Assembly: GCA_044356525.1 (NCBI GenBank)
Contig: JBIKVZ010000002.1
Span: forward strand, 2,612-66,611
Direction of reading: 5' to 3'
Length of the DNA stretch: 64,000 nt
Source of the DNA: Rickettsiales bacterium
GTDB taxonomy: Bacteria > Pseudomonadota > Alphaproteobacteria > Rickettsiales > RGZB01
In this document: positions 32,031 through 42,698 of the stretch, in pieces
Layout: each line of letters opens with the position of its first letter
Position numbering within the stretch: position 1 is the stretch's first letter
The notes under the pieces: generated by a model
Databases searched by the model: none
Told to the model about the DNA's origin: nothing
What the model saw: only the letters and a program-made list of their open reading frames with translations
Position numbers and translations under genes: made by a program

Positions 32031-33017
32031 ATGAAACAGTTACAGGTAATTCATAATCCCATCAGCCTAGAGTATGGCCTGAATCTGGCTGATGCAGAGC
32101 GTCCTGAGCCTACAGCCCATGAAGTATTAATCAAAGTCCATGCAGCAGGAATAAACCGTGCAGACATACTGCAGGCGCAGGGGCACTACCCACCACCAGC
32201 AGGCGCCTCCAAGATTTTAGGGCTTGAGGTGGCTGGTGAGGTGGTGGCGCTTGGCAGCGAGGCAAAGCTGCGCAAAGTGGGCGATAAAGTTTGCGCACTG
32301 CTTACCAGCGGTGGTTATGCTGAATATGCTGTGGCGCATGAAAGCCTGACCTTGCCCATACCACGTGGTATCGACTTTGTGCAGGCTGCTGCCATTCCTG
32401 AGGCGGCATTTACGGTATACTTGAATCTGTTTGAACTGGGTGGGCTTGCACCAGGGCGAAAAGTGCTTATTCATGGCGGCGCAAGTGGCATCGGCACACT
32501 GGCCATTCAAATGGCGAGCGCCATGGGCGCAGTGGTGTATGCTACGGTGGGCACAGCGGAAAAAGCTGCCCTTTGCAAAAAACTGGGCGCCACAGAGGCC
32601 ATATGTTACCGCGATGAGGATTTTGTTGCGGTAGTGAAGAAAGCAACAGGCGGTGAGGGTGTTGCGCTGGTGCTGGATATGGTGGGGGGTGACTACTTTC
32701 AGAAAAATCTGAAAGCCCTTGGCAAAGGCGGAAAACTTATCAGTATCGCGTTGCTGCAAGGGCGTGAAGCCACGCTGGATGTGGCAACCTTATTGATGAA
32801 GAACATTACCATCATTGGCTCTACACTGAGGGACAAGCCACTGCTAGTAAAGCATGAGTTGGCGCGTTCGCTTGAGTCGGTGTTTTGGCCTTATTTTGAA
32901 AATGGGCGTATTGCGCCAGTGGTTGATTCTGTCTGGCCGTTTGCTGAGGCAGAAAAGGCGCATGAAAAGATGCTGTCTAACAAAACGCTCGGGAAACTGG
33001 TGCTGACCCCAGCCTAG
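32031..33017 (+). CDS. NAD(P)H:quinone oxidoreductase (zeta-crystallin/MDR family)
   Basis: Start at the ATG at 32031 (MKQLQVIHNP...). MDR motifs are INRADILQAQGHYPPP and a GGASGIGT nucleotide-binding loop. Confidence 0.85.
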   Translation: MKQLQVIHNPISLEYGLNLADAERPEPTAHEVLIKVHAAGINRADILQAQGHYPPPAGASKILGLEVAGEVVALGSEAKLRKVGDKVCALLTSGGYAEYAVAHESLTLPIPRGIDFVQAAAIPEAAFTVYLNLFELGGLAPGRKVLIHGGASGIGTLAIQMASAMGAVVYATVGTAEKAALCKKLGATEAICYRDEDFVAVVKKATGGEGVALVLDMVGGDYFQKNLKALGKGGKLISIALLQGREATLDVATLLMKNITIIGSTLRDKPLLVKHELARSLESVFWPYFENGRIAPVVDSVWPFAEAEKAHEKMLSNKTLGKLVLTPA

Positions 33018-33808
33018 CTTTTCCAACCCGTGAGGGTAATAACCTCGAACGTTGCCGGTACGCGGCCTTCTTTGGTCTGGAATAATTTTTTATACGCAGC
33101 GTTAATAGCTTCTAGCGTACCTGGTGCGGTAAAGGATTTTTGCCGCTGCACGAGTGCATTGCTTTCGCCCATGCCGCGCAAATCATACATCAGCGCCATT
33201 GCATCGGGGTACATCACCGTGATGGTGTCGCTATCCGCTACAGGCAGATTAAAACCGGTGCGCTGCAGCAGCATGCCAGCATCTTTAATTTCCACAAACG
33301 GAGAAATGCGCGGAGTGAGTGCCGTGCCAGTTTCAGATGCAGCTTCGGCAATGGCAGCTTTTAGCTCCCACAAAGTTTGGCCGCCAAGCATCGTTGCCAC
33401 CATCAAGCCTTTATCCGCAAGCGCTTTGCGGATTTGTACAAGGCAGCCGGGTAAATCATTTACCCAATGTAGGTTGAGCAAACTCAAAAACAACGGCACG
33501 CTATTTTCTTTGAAAGGTAGCCATTCTTCGTCCAGTACCAATGATACACCGGATGTATTTTCTGTGGTTTCACAAGGCAGATAAGTATGTATGCCCGCAA
33601 GGCCGGAGAGGGCTTTTTGTAAGTAACCGTTGCGGCTGCCAAGTTCCACAGCGAGGGGAAATTGCGCGGTGACAGTTTCAGAAAAGAGTTCTGCCATGCG
33701 GTCTGCCACTTCGCGGTACAGGAAGTCATGGCGCTCTAAATTTTTTAACGCTCGCCCCCGCTGCAGGCGTTTCGTATGGCGGGAAAAAATATGGATGTTG
33801 CTTACCAC
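33014..33808 (-). CDS. class I SAM-dependent methyltransferase
   Basis: 264 aa with methyltransferase motif I-like VELGSRNGYL. Overall it resembles BioC/NDUFAF5-like proteins. Confidence 0.7.
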   Translation of the reverse strand: MVSNIHIFSRHTKRLQRGRALKNLERHDFLYREVADRMAELFSETVTAQFPLAVELGSRNGYLQKALSGLAGIHTYLPCETTENTSGVSLVLDEEWLPFKENSVPLFLSLLNLHWVNDLPGCLVQIRKALADKGLMVATMLGGQTLWELKAAIAEAASETGTALTPRISPFVEIKDAGMLLQRTGFNLPVADSDTITVMYPDAMALMYDLRGMGESNALVQRQKSFTAPGTLEAINAAYKKLFQTKEGRVPATFEVITLTGWKS

Positions 33809-33811
33809 GGC

Positions 33812-35626
33812 CTAGCGCCTGCCAAACAGTTTCTCGATATCTGCCAGCTTCAGCTCGATATAAGTAGGACGGCCATGGTTGCACTGACCGGAATGCGGCG
33901 TGGCTTCCATTTCGCGCAGCAGCGCGTTCATTTCATGCGCGTTGAGGCGCCTTCCGGCGCGCACGCTGCCGTGACAGGCCATGGTTTCGCACACATGCTC
34001 GACCGATTTGGTGAGGGCAAAAGTTTCACCATATTCCTGCACGTCATCGGCAAGGTCGTTGATAAGCTGCTGCACGTTTGTTTCACCCAGCACGGCGGGG
34101 GTTTCACGCACGGTGATGGCTCTGTCACCCAGCGCTTCAATCACAAGGCCGAATTTTGCCAAAGTTTCTTTGTGTTCAATAAGAGCGGAAACTTTCTGAT
34201 GATCCATCTCCACCACTTCCGGCAGCAAGAGGCGCTGGGTTTTCAGGCTGCTGGCAGCTAAATCCTTCTTCATTTTTTCATACACCAAACGCTCATGCGC
34301 GGCGTGCTGATCTACAATCACGATACCATCATTATTTTGTGCCACGATATAGGTTTCATGCAGCTGACCGCGTGCCACACCTAACGGACGGGCAATTAAC
34401 TCCTGCTCGTTCTCTGGCGGGGGTTCATGGCGTGCGTGTAGCACTTCACCCACCGCATGCAGCGTCGGCTGATAGGCAGAGGAGAAAGGTTGGCGGAAAG
34501 AAGAAGGTGCTTCTGCAAACTGGAAAGAAGAACCAGAATGAGATGGAAATGATGCACCAGGCATCGGGCCACTGGGTGCAGAAAAGGCAGCAAGTGCTGC
34601 CTGTGAAACAGTCGATGATGCGCGAAAACCTGCTGCTTCCAGCGCATGGCGCAGTGCGGTGATGATTAGTCCGCGAACGGTGGCGTTGTCGCGGAAGCGC
34701 ACTTCTGCTTTGGCGGGATGAACGTTGACGTCTACCTGCTCCGGCGGTACATCCAAAAACAGTGCTACAATCGGATGGCGATCATGAGCGAGGAAATCCT
34801 GATAGGCAACTTTCACCACGCCGAGCAGTAGCCTATCACGCACTGGTCTGCCATTAACGAACAGATACTGTGCGCTAGACGTACCGCGATTAAGTGTAGG
34901 AAGACCAGCATAACCCGTGAGGTGAATGCCCTCGCGCTCGGCATCCACCGGTACGGCATTTTCACCAAAGGCTTTACCGAGTATGCGCGAAAGCCGTTTC
35001 AGGCGAGCATCCAGCATGTCTGGCGCTTCTGCGGGGAGGGAAAAAATTTCTTTCCCATCGGCCTGTAAACGGAAGGCGACATCGGGGTGTGCCATGGCAA
35101 TGCGTTCGATAATTTCTGCGATTTGCTGCTGCTCTGTGCGCTCTGTTTTCAGGAATTTCAGGCGCGCAGGTGTGGCATAAAAAAGATCGCGCACTTCCAC
35201 CACTGTACCCTGATTGCATGAGGCAGGCTTTGCTTCTGACTTTTCACCGCCTTCTACTTTCAGGCTCCAGCCTTCCGGGTTTCCTTGTGCGCGTGAAGTA
35301 AGCGTTAGGCGTGAAACGGCACCAATGGAAGGTAGCGCTTCACCACGGAAACCGAAGAAATGGATGTTCAGCAAATCTTCATCCGGCAGTTTGGATGTGG
35401 CATGGCGCTCGACGGCGAGGTTTAGTTCTTCCGCACTCATCCCTGCACCATCATCTGCCACGCGAATTAAGTTACGGCCGCCGCTCTCAATGGTGACGTC
35501 GATGCGGCGTGCACCCGCATCCAGCGCGTTTTCGACCAGTTCTTTGGTGGCGGATGCAGGCCGTTCAATCACTTCACCTGCGGCAATGCGGCTAACAAGC
35601 ACAGGCGGTAAAACGCGAATTGGCAT
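33812..35626 (-). CDS. mutL: DNA mismatch repair protein MutL
   Basis: 604 aa. The N-terminal GHKL ATPase is IAAGEVIERPASATKELVENALDAG, and the C-terminus is ...CNHGRPTYIELKLADIEKLFGR. Confidence 0.95.
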   Translation of the reverse strand: MPIRVLPPVLVSRIAAGEVIERPASATKELVENALDAGARRIDVTIESGGRNLIRVADDGAGMSAEELNLAVERHATSKLPDEDLLNIHFFGFRGEALPSIGAVSRLTLTSRAQGNPEGWSLKVEGGEKSEAKPASCNQGTVVEVRDLFYATPARLKFLKTERTEQQQIAEIIERIAMAHPDVAFRLQADGKEIFSLPAEAPDMLDARLKRLSRILGKAFGENAVPVDAEREGIHLTGYAGLPTLNRGTSSAQYLFVNGRPVRDRLLLGVVKVAYQDFLAHDRHPIVALFLDVPPEQVDVNVHPAKAEVRFRDNATVRGLIITALRHALEAAGFRASSTVSQAALAAFSAPSGPMPGASFPSHSGSSFQFAEAPSSFRQPFSSAYQPTLHAVGEVLHARHEPPPENEQELIARPLGVARGQLHETYIVAQNNDGIVIVDQHAAHERLVYEKMKKDLAASSLKTQRLLLPEVVEMDHQKVSALIEHKETLAKFGLVIEALGDRAITVRETPAVLGETNVQQLINDLADDVQEYGETFALTKSVEHVCETMACHGSVRAGRRLNAHEMNALLREMEATPHSGQCNHGRPTYIELKLADIEKLFGRR

Positions 35627-35628
35627 GG

Positions 35629-36873
35629 CTACCTCTTCTGCAAAAGTTTTTTTGCCAGAATCTTTCCATCTTCCACAGCAGGCTGGTCAAATGCATCCAC
35701 ACCCATCAACCGTGCGGTAAGAATCGTTTCCAGTATGAAGTGTACGCACAGTGCGCCGACTGTGGTTTCGTCTAATGTGGTGATGTTGAAGCTGCGCACA
35801 GGGCGTTTGCGCGCCACAAGCGTTTCTAACGTGGCCTGATATTCCGCCTCGATAATGCGGTGAAATGGTAATTGATTTAGGTAACCAAAATCATCACCCG
35901 AAAGAGTAGATGTATCGAGATTGGGTGAAGATTTCACCTGAGGAGGCGAAAACAGTGTATAAAACTTATCGTTCGGGCCATCGAGGAATTGTTGTAGCAC
36001 ACTATGTTGGTCGAGTGTGCCCGTGGCCACCAGAGGCGTACTGCCAAAACCGTTTTTACCAAGGCTTTCCGCCCAAATCTGCCGAACCCAGGTAGCAAAG
36101 CTTTTTAGCTGGTCTGCGTAGGGTAGGAATACTGTAATCGGGTAACCTTTTTGCATGTAGAAGTGCTGCAATGCGGCGCCTTCAGCGGCGGCGGATGTTG
36201 GTTTTAGTAAGGCCTCTGCAGCCTCTGCTGCACCACTGCGGATTTTTTCAATATCCATGCCGCACAGCGCCGCAGGCAGCAAACCCACATTGGTGAGAAT
36301 GGAGAAACGTCCACCGATGGTGGCAACGTGTTCGAGCACACGGATGCCCAGTGCCTTAGCAGAATTGCGGAGGATGTTTGGTTTAGGGTCGTTAATCACT
36401 AGTATATGGGAGTATGCTTTTGTACCGACCTTTTGCCTTAAGGCTTCAAAGCAAATAAGGAACTGCGCCATAGTTTCGAGCGTACCGCCGGATTTGCTAA
36501 TGACGATAAAGCAGGTTTTTTCTAAGGGCAGGCGGCTAAGCAGCGCGTGGGTTGTGTAGGCATCGATGTTGTCGAGGTAATGCAGTTGTGGTGTTCCAGC
36601 AGCAGTGATATGCGGGCTGGTGATGCGAAAGCCAGTAAGGGCTTGGCCGCACAGAGTAGAGCCGCCTGTGCCCAGCACCACAACATGCTCAAAGCGGTTG
36701 CGGATATCGCGAGCGACCTCTGTAATTTCTATGAGGTCCGCGCGTTGCTTCAGGTGGGAGAAAATGCCGATTTTCCCTGCGGCGATATCTTGCGCAAGAG
36801 AAGCCAAGGCGTCATTGGCGATGCCGTGCTTGCCTTGGGTGTTGCAGTGCTGAGTATGGTGCGTGTAGCTCAT
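35629..36873 (-). CDS. pgi: glucose-6-phosphate isomerase (short form)
   Basis: 414 aa with PGI signatures VLGTGGS and ISKSGGTLET. Confidence 0.85.
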   Translation of the reverse strand: MSYTHHTQHCNTQGKHGIANDALASLAQDIAAGKIGIFSHLKQRADLIEITEVARDIRNRFEHVVVLGTGGSTLCGQALTGFRITSPHITAAGTPQLHYLDNIDAYTTHALLSRLPLEKTCFIVISKSGGTLETMAQFLICFEALRQKVGTKAYSHILVINDPKPNILRNSAKALGIRVLEHVATIGGRFSILTNVGLLPAALCGMDIEKIRSGAAEAAEALLKPTSAAAEGAALQHFYMQKGYPITVFLPYADQLKSFATWVRQIWAESLGKNGFGSTPLVATGTLDQHSVLQQFLDGPNDKFYTLFSPPQVKSSPNLDTSTLSGDDFGYLNQLPFHRIIEAEYQATLETLVARKRPVRSFNITTLDETTVGALCVHFILETILTARLMGVDAFDQPAVEDGKILAKKLLQKR

Positions 36874-36927
36874 GGTATAACCTTACCCTCTCGTTATTAA
36901 AGGATAATGGGTTGCCCTGCCAGTATT

Positions 36928-38259
36928 TTATTGTTTTTTAACCGGTGGTTCCAGGCGTTCACCTGCAGTGACAAAAAACACCTGTTTTGGCTGCAGCCAT
37001 TTGCCTGCAATACGGCGGATATCCTCGATTGTGACCTTTTCAATCAGCGCGTTGCGGCGTTCGATAAAATCGGTTCCCAAACTACGGAATTGTATGAATG
37101 TCAGATATCCGGCGATTTTATCGCTGGTATCCAGCCGCAGGGGGAAGGAACCCGCCAGATAACGCTTGGCGAGCTGCAATTCTTCATCGGTTACACCCAG
37201 TGTGTGAAGATCTTTTAAAATGTCGTTCACGCGCTCGATAACGGTATTTTCCTGCCCTTTTCGGGTAGAAGCCTGCCCAACCAGCACGGTCTGTTTATCA
37301 AAACTGAGCACATCCGTGCCGATGCTATAGGTAAGGCCCGATTTCTCACGGATTTCTTTGGTGAGGCGCGATTCAAAACTTCCACCTCCAAGAATGAAGT
37401 TGAGCACATAGGCGGGGTAAAAATCGGGGTCGTCATACGTGGTCCACGGTAGGCCAAAATAAATGGTGTTTTGTGCGGAAGGCGCGTGGGCAATAAAAAG
37501 GGTCTTATCCTGCTGTTCATAACGCCATTCGGGAAGTGGGGTGACTGCACCGGATGTTGTGTGAAGTTGTCCGTGTAATGTATTTAGCAAGGACTTTACT
37601 TCAGATGAGGTGATGTTGCCCACCACGCTGACAATAAGGTTGTTGGCATTAAACCGTGTAGCAGAAAATTGTTTTAAATCTTTGGGTGTAATGGTTTCCA
37701 AGGTTTTTTCTGTACCGTAAGCATGGCGGCTGTAGGGATGCGTGCCAAACATGGCTGTCATCCATGCCCTGTGCGCAATGTCATCTGCATTCTCACGCTC
37801 TTTTGTTAACGAAAGCTGCATTTGTTTGCGGGTGATATCGAGTAAGCCTTGCTCAAAGCGCGGTGATGTAATGGCTAGCAGCAGCAGCTTCACTGCCTCG
37901 GCCTGATGCGCTTTTAATGTTTTAAGGCTAACAGAGAAAGAGTCGGCGCTCGCGCTTGCAGTGAGTTCAACACCATTGTTTTCCAAGGCTTCTTTAAACG
38001 CCCGGCGATCATAACCACCTGCACCTTCGGTGAGCAAAGCGGCTGCTACGCTTGCCAGACCTTGCTTGTTTTCTGGGTCATAAGCATAGCCGCTATTACG
38101 GAACGTGATGTCGATGGTCACAATCGGCAGGCTGTTTTCTTCCACCGCATAGGCGTGGATACCGTGACTTTCTATTTCCTTTACTTCCGCATAGGCAGGG
38201 AATGCCAAGCAATGTAGCAGTAAGAAGATGATAACCAGCGCATGGGTTTTACTGAGCAT
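36928..38259 (-). CDS. M16 family peptidase, non-catalytic-type subunit
   Basis: Pitrilysin fold without an HxxEH motif. I prefer the start at 38259 (MLSKTHALVIIFLLLHCLAFPAYA signal peptide) over 38310. It is paired with the upstream M16 gene. Confidence 0.8.
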   Translation of the reverse strand: MLSKTHALVIIFLLLHCLAFPAYAEVKEIESHGIHAYAVEENSLPIVTIDITFRNSGYAYDPENKQGLASVAAALLTEGAGGYDRRAFKEALENNGVELTASASADSFSVSLKTLKAHQAEAVKLLLLAITSPRFEQGLLDITRKQMQLSLTKERENADDIAHRAWMTAMFGTHPYSRHAYGTEKTLETITPKDLKQFSATRFNANNLIVSVVGNITSSEVKSLLNTLHGQLHTTSGAVTPLPEWRYEQQDKTLFIAHAPSAQNTIYFGLPWTTYDDPDFYPAYVLNFILGGGSFESRLTKEIREKSGLTYSIGTDVLSFDKQTVLVGQASTRKGQENTVIERVNDILKDLHTLGVTDEELQLAKRYLAGSFPLRLDTSDKIAGYLTFIQFRSLGTDFIERRNALIEKVTIEDIRRIAGKWLQPKQVFFVTAGERLEPPVKKQ

Positions 38260-39634
38260 GCGACGGCTCCTTTGCAGCAGGTAGCAGCGTGCCGCTGATA
38301 TGCGGCGCATTTGAAAGCAGTAACATGGCGGCTTTTTTTAGCTCTTCATTGCTGGTGTTTTTTAGCGCTGTTTCCCAGCGTGCGATATCGGCGGCAGTAG
38401 CACCTAAAACAAATGCTTCACCATAAAAACTAGCGAGGGCATGAATACTGTCTTTCGCATAGGTCTGCTCGGCAAGGAAAGAATTTTTCGCGCGGGTAAG
38501 TGTTGCTTCATCCACGCCGTTTTTAGCCACTTTTTGCAAAGTGGATTCCCATACGCTTAAAATATCCTGTGCGTTTCCACCCGCTGCGGGCAAGGTATAA
38601 AGCTGAAAAATACTTGTATCGCGGCTAAGCCCATCATACCACGTGCCGACATAACTGGCTTTTTGTGTATCAATAACAAGCTGCTGGTAAAGGATTCCAG
38701 TGTCAGAGCCCGCCAGCACATAGGCAAGTAATTCTAACGCCGCAGGAAGAACACCGCTTGGTTCAGATACATAACTGGGTACTACGTAATGCCGCATCCA
38801 CTCGGTGGCCTTCACGCGCGCATCGGTAAGTGCAATGGACTCTTTTTCGGACGGCAGCATTGCGGTGGGCGGGAAAGTAGGCGCAATTGTTGTGGCAAAG
38901 TGTGGTGGGATGGCGCCGTAATATTTCTTCGCGAGTGCGAGGGCAAGCTTGGGTGTGATGTCACCTGCCAGTACGAGTATGGCGCGGTTGGGTGCGTAAT
39001 AGCTTTGATGAAAACCCATCGCGTCCTGATAGGTGAGTGCGCGGATGTCTTTTTCCCAGCCGATGACGGGCTGAGCATAAGGGCTTTTAGCAAAAAGCTG
39101 GTGGCGCATTTTTTCAGAAAGGCGTGCTCGCGGGGCATTATCGACACGCATCAAACGCTCTTCTAAAATGACGTTTTTTTCAGTTTCAAAAGCCTTTTCG
39201 GTGATGGAGAGCCCCTGCATACGGTCGGCCTCAAGCGCCATAATGGAGGGCAAATGCTCTTTGGCAATGGTTTGGTGATATACGGTTGCATCCGCAGTGG
39301 TGAAAGCATTATTATTTCCGCCATTTTGGGTAATGATGCGCGTGAACTGGCCTTCGGGAATTTTCTCCGTGCCTTTAAACATCAAATGCTCAAAGAAATG
39401 TGCTAGACCCGTTTTTCCTGTCACTTCGTCGGCGGCGCCGACCTTATACCAAAGCATTTGCGTAATAATAGGGGACTTATGAACGGGTATGACCACCAGC
39501 TCAAGGCCATTAGTGAGGCGGTAGCGAAAAAGCGGTACTGAGGTGGAGTCAGAAGGCTTTGCAAAGAGAAAAACGGCCAACAGGCAGGCAAAAAAAGCAG
39601 AAACAAGGAAAGGCCGTTCGGGGTTTTGGCGCAT
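38249..39634 (-). CDS. M16 family zinc peptidase (catalytic HxxEH)
   Basis: 461 aa with a signal peptide and the inverted zinc motif HFFEHLMF. Confidence 0.87.
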   Translation of the reverse strand: MRQNPERPFLVSAFFACLLAVFLFAKPSDSTSVPLFRYRLTNGLELVVIPVHKSPIITQMLWYKVGAADEVTGKTGLAHFFEHLMFKGTEKIPEGQFTRIITQNGGNNNAFTTADATVYHQTIAKEHLPSIMALEADRMQGLSITEKAFETEKNVILEERLMRVDNAPRARLSEKMRHQLFAKSPYAQPVIGWEKDIRALTYQDAMGFHQSYYAPNRAILVLAGDITPKLALALAKKYYGAIPPHFATTIAPTFPPTAMLPSEKESIALTDARVKATEWMRHYVVPSYVSEPSGVLPAALELLAYVLAGSDTGILYQQLVIDTQKASYVGTWYDGLSRDTSIFQLYTLPAAGGNAQDILSVWESTLQKVAKNGVDEATLTRAKNSFLAEQTYAKDSIHALASFYGEAFVLGATAADIARWETALKNTSNEELKKAAMLLLSNAPHISGTLLPAAKEPSHAQ

Positions 39635-39646
39635 TATAATCCTGCG

Positions 39647-40234
39647 TTACAGGCCGAATAATTCGTTTACTACACCTTTGGTCTTGCTGTCTTTTACTGG
39701 CACATCACCTTCATTAACAGGCTTGCCTTCTTCTTTGTTTTTGGTCAGGCGTTCTTCTTCTTTATCGATGTCCACCAGCGGGTCTTTTTTCTCAGGCGTG
39801 AGTGGTTCCACCAGTTTTTCCAGCATACCCTTTTCTTCCACGGGCGCATCATAGGCTTCGCGATATTCGCTATCAAGGATGGTGCGGATGTTTGAGGTGC
39901 TTTCACCTGCACCGGCTTGGTTTAGCAGTGAACGCTCGCCTTTGCTAACGTTTGCGCTTGATTTACTTTCCGTTTTGGCACCGCTAAAGAGCACTTTTTT
40001 GGCTTCATCGCGCACTTGGCTTTGGCTGCGGATATCCGTTTCCGATGGGGGCTGAAGGCTGAAATCTGGTGGCACGGCCAGCGGCGGGCGCGACATGACC
40101 ATGAATTCATCCGGTGTATGCTTTTTAAGGCCAAGTGTACGCTTTACGCTGCCGCCTTCGCATGCTGAGATCGTTAGCATTGTGGTACACAGTGTGACAA
40201 GTAAGGCGACTTTATGTGGTTTCATTTTTTGCAT
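39647..40234 (-). CDS. lipoprotein (DUF3035-like)
   Basis: Lipobox LTISAC followed by a low-complexity charged sequence. The family assignment is from memory only. Confidence 0.6.
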   Translation of the reverse strand: MQKMKPHKVALLVTLCTTMLTISACEGGSVKRTLGLKKHTPDEFMVMSRPPLAVPPDFSLQPPSETDIRSQSQVRDEAKKVLFSGAKTESKSSANVSKGERSLLNQAGAGESTSNIRTILDSEYREAYDAPVEEKGMLEKLVEPLTPEKKDPLVDIDKEEERLTKNKEEGKPVNEGDVPVKDSKTKGVVNELFGL

Positions 40235-40754
40235 CTTTCGTTGCCGAGCAGGGGTTGCTGACTACGCTTTCTATACACAACAAGAGCGCACCAGTAAAGA
40301 CCATCGCATCGGCAATATTAAAGGCAGGCCAGTGATAGCCCATTACGTGAAAATCAAAAAAATCCGCCACTGCACCAAAGCGCAGGCGGTCGATAACGTT
40401 ACCGATGGCGCCGCCAATCACTACGCCAATAGCGATAATCATGAGGCGGCTTGAAGTGCGGTAAAGCCATACGGAAAGCACGAGAATAATCAGCGCCGCA
40501 AGCCCTGAAAAAATATAGGCAGTGTGGGAGTTGTCGCGGAACATGCCGAAGCTGATGCCGGGGTTCCAGACCATGACATAATTAAAGAAAGGAAATACCC
40601 GTATCGGTGCGGTTTCCGTGATGTTTATCACATCCAGCATGTACCATTTATGCAGTTGGTCAGCGGCGGTAACCAACAAGGCAAGGGCATAGCACACCGC
40701 AAGACGGCGTGTTGGAGAGAGCGTGCTATTTTTTGTTAAAAAATCTTTTAGCAT
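40212..40754 (-). CDS. lspA: lipoprotein signal peptidase (signal peptidase II)
   Basis: 180 aa with four TM helices. Conserved NxGxxFG (WNPGISFGMF) and GAIGNVIDR motifs. Confidence 0.93.
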   Translation of the reverse strand: MLKDFLTKNSTLSPTRRLAVCYALALLVTAADQLHKWYMLDVINITETAPIRVFPFFNYVMVWNPGISFGMFRDNSHTAYIFSGLAALIILVLSVWLYRTSSRLMIIAIGVVIGGAIGNVIDRLRFGAVADFFDFHVMGYHWPAFNIADAMVFTGALLLCIESVVSNPCSATKDAKNETT

Positions 40755-41658
40755 TCTGGCAGTCGAGTTCCATCTGTTGGGTCAGCGCCGGAACGGATTC
40801 AAATTTCTGCTCTGGCCTTAAGAAGCTTAGTAACTGAATGCGCAGGAATTTACCATAGATATTGCGGTTCCAATCAAAAATATGTGCCTCCAGCACCGGA
40901 GCATCCAGCTTGAACATAGGGTTGATACCGAGGTTTGCCACCGCCGGATGCCATGCCGCATCCCCTTCAACCTGTACCTGCACAACATAGGCGCCATAGA
41001 GCGGCCTGAAGTGCGATTTGAGGCGGAGGTTGGCAGTTGGGAAGCCAAGTTCGCGACCTCTTTGTGCACCGGTTACCACACGTCCTTCAATCATATGATT
41101 TCTGCCAAGCAGCTGTGCCGCAACCTCAGGTTTTCCCGTGGAAAGCGACTGGCGGATGCCAGTGGATGAAACGGAGATACCTGCGTCTTCCACGTTCTGC
41201 ATTTTGGTATAACCAAAACCAAGGGACGAAGAGAGGCTTTCAATCAAAGTGGTGGAGCCAGAGCGCTTATGGCCAAAAATGAAATTATCGCCGGTCACAA
41301 GGTGTTTGGCGCCTAGTTTTTTGATAAGTAGCTCTGTAATAAAATCCGGCGCGGTCATTTTTGAAAGCGCTTCATTAAACCGGCAAACATAGAGAATATC
41401 GATGCCTAAATCCTTCAGAAGCGATGCTTTGAGGTGGAAGGGCGTTAGGCGAAACGGTGGAATATCTTTTTTCAGTACGCTCACGGGGTGGGGTTCAAAC
41501 GTGAGAACAGCCGATGGTGCCCCCATTTTTTTTGCAATCGCACAGGTTTGCTGCATTAAGGATTGGTGACCGCGATGCACGCCATCAAAATTGCCGAGCG
41601 CGATGACGGCTCCCTTTAAGGGTGGTGCAGAAGATGCATAACACCGGATGATTCGCAT
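40726..41658 (-). CDS. ribF: bifunctional riboflavin kinase / FMN adenylyltransferase
   Basis: 310 aa. GNFDGVHRGH, GRELGFPTANL and the C-terminal ...F.S...L..Q...D pattern. Confidence 0.94.
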   Translation of the reverse strand: MRIIRCYASSAPPLKGAVIALGNFDGVHRGHQSLMQQTCAIAKKMGAPSAVLTFEPHPVSVLKKDIPPFRLTPFHLKASLLKDLGIDILYVCRFNEALSKMTAPDFITELLIKKLGAKHLVTGDNFIFGHKRSGSTTLIESLSSSLGFGYTKMQNVEDAGISVSSTGIRQSLSTGKPEVAAQLLGRNHMIEGRVVTGAQRGRELGFPTANLRLKSHFRPLYGAYVVQVQVEGDAAWHPAVANLGINPMFKLDAPVLEAHIFDWNRNIYGKFLRIQLLSFLRPEQKFESVPALTQQMELDCQNAKRFFNKK

Positions 41659-41661
41659 GGC

Positions 41662-42582
41662 TTACGCCGCTTGTCTGCGCCGCAGATTCATGAAGATGAG
41701 GACGGGAGCAGAGATGTAAATGGAGGAGTATGTCCCGATAATGATGCCGAAGAAGATTGCGATGCTAAAATCACGAATCACTGGCCCACCCCACACAATC
41801 AGCGCCACAATTGCTACGAGCGTTGTGCCTGCAGTTAGAATGGTACGTGAGAGTGTTTGGTTGATGCTGAGGTTTAACAACTCATCCATTTCCATCTTTT
41901 TGTACTTGCGCAGGCATTCGCGAATACGGTCGTAAATCACCACCGAATCGTTAATCGAATAGCCAAGAATAGTAAGGATGGCGGCAATAGAGGTGAGGTT
42001 GAACTCAAGGCCTGCCAAACTAAATAGTCCCAGCGTTAAAATAGCGTCGTGCCCAAGGGCAAGGATGGCACCTACGCCATATTGCCACTCAAAGCGCAAC
42101 CAGATGTAAATCATGATACCTAGCACAGCGAGGCCAAGCGCAATGGCAGCATCCATTTTTAGCTCTTTGCCGACCTGAGGGCCGACATAATCAACTTTGC
42201 GGTAGTCTATCTTTTCGCCCAAAGTACTCGTTAATAAGGCTTTTACTTTATCAATCGCTTGTTGCTGGGTTTCGCCCTCTCCAAGGCGCGGTTGAAAGCG
42301 GATCATGATGTCATTATCAGAGCCAAAATGCTGAAGGCTGACTTCACCAAGCGACTTATCTGCAGCAAAAGCAACACGAATTTTTGAGAGCTCTACAGAC
42401 GTTTCCGTGCGCATTTCAATCACCACGCCGCCGCTGAAGTCGATGCCGTAGTTAAAGCCTTTTGTTACCATTAAGCCGATAGCAAAGATGCTTAGCAGGA
42501 TAGAAATGCCGAAAGCCAGCCACTTTCGTTTCATGAAATCAATCGTGGTGGTGCTGGGGATAAGGCGGATAGGAAACATCAT
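41662..42582 (-). CDS. secF: protein translocase subunit SecF
   Basis: I place the start at the internal MMFPIRL... Met (the ORF extends to 42639). Six TM helices and a typical SecF periplasmic loop. No adjacent secD in this window. Confidence 0.88.
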   Translation of the reverse strand: MMFPIRLIPSTTTIDFMKRKWLAFGISILLSIFAIGLMVTKGFNYGIDFSGGVVIEMRTETSVELSKIRVAFAADKSLGEVSLQHFGSDNDIMIRFQPRLGEGETQQQAIDKVKALLTSTLGEKIDYRKVDYVGPQVGKELKMDAAIALGLAVLGIMIYIWLRFEWQYGVGAILALGHDAILTLGLFSLAGLEFNLTSIAAILTILGYSINDSVVIYDRIRECLRKYKKMEMDELLNLSINQTLSRTILTAGTTLVAIVALIVWGGPVIRDFSIAIFFGIIIGTYSSIYISAPVLIFMNLRRRQAA

Positions 42583-42698
42583 GGAGCGACCTTTGCGGAT
42601 AAGATTGCTGAAATATAGACAAGATTGCCGGGATTGCAATATGGTTTACATTCCTCTAAGAACATCGCAGGACATAACCGAGGCGTGTGGTGCAATAA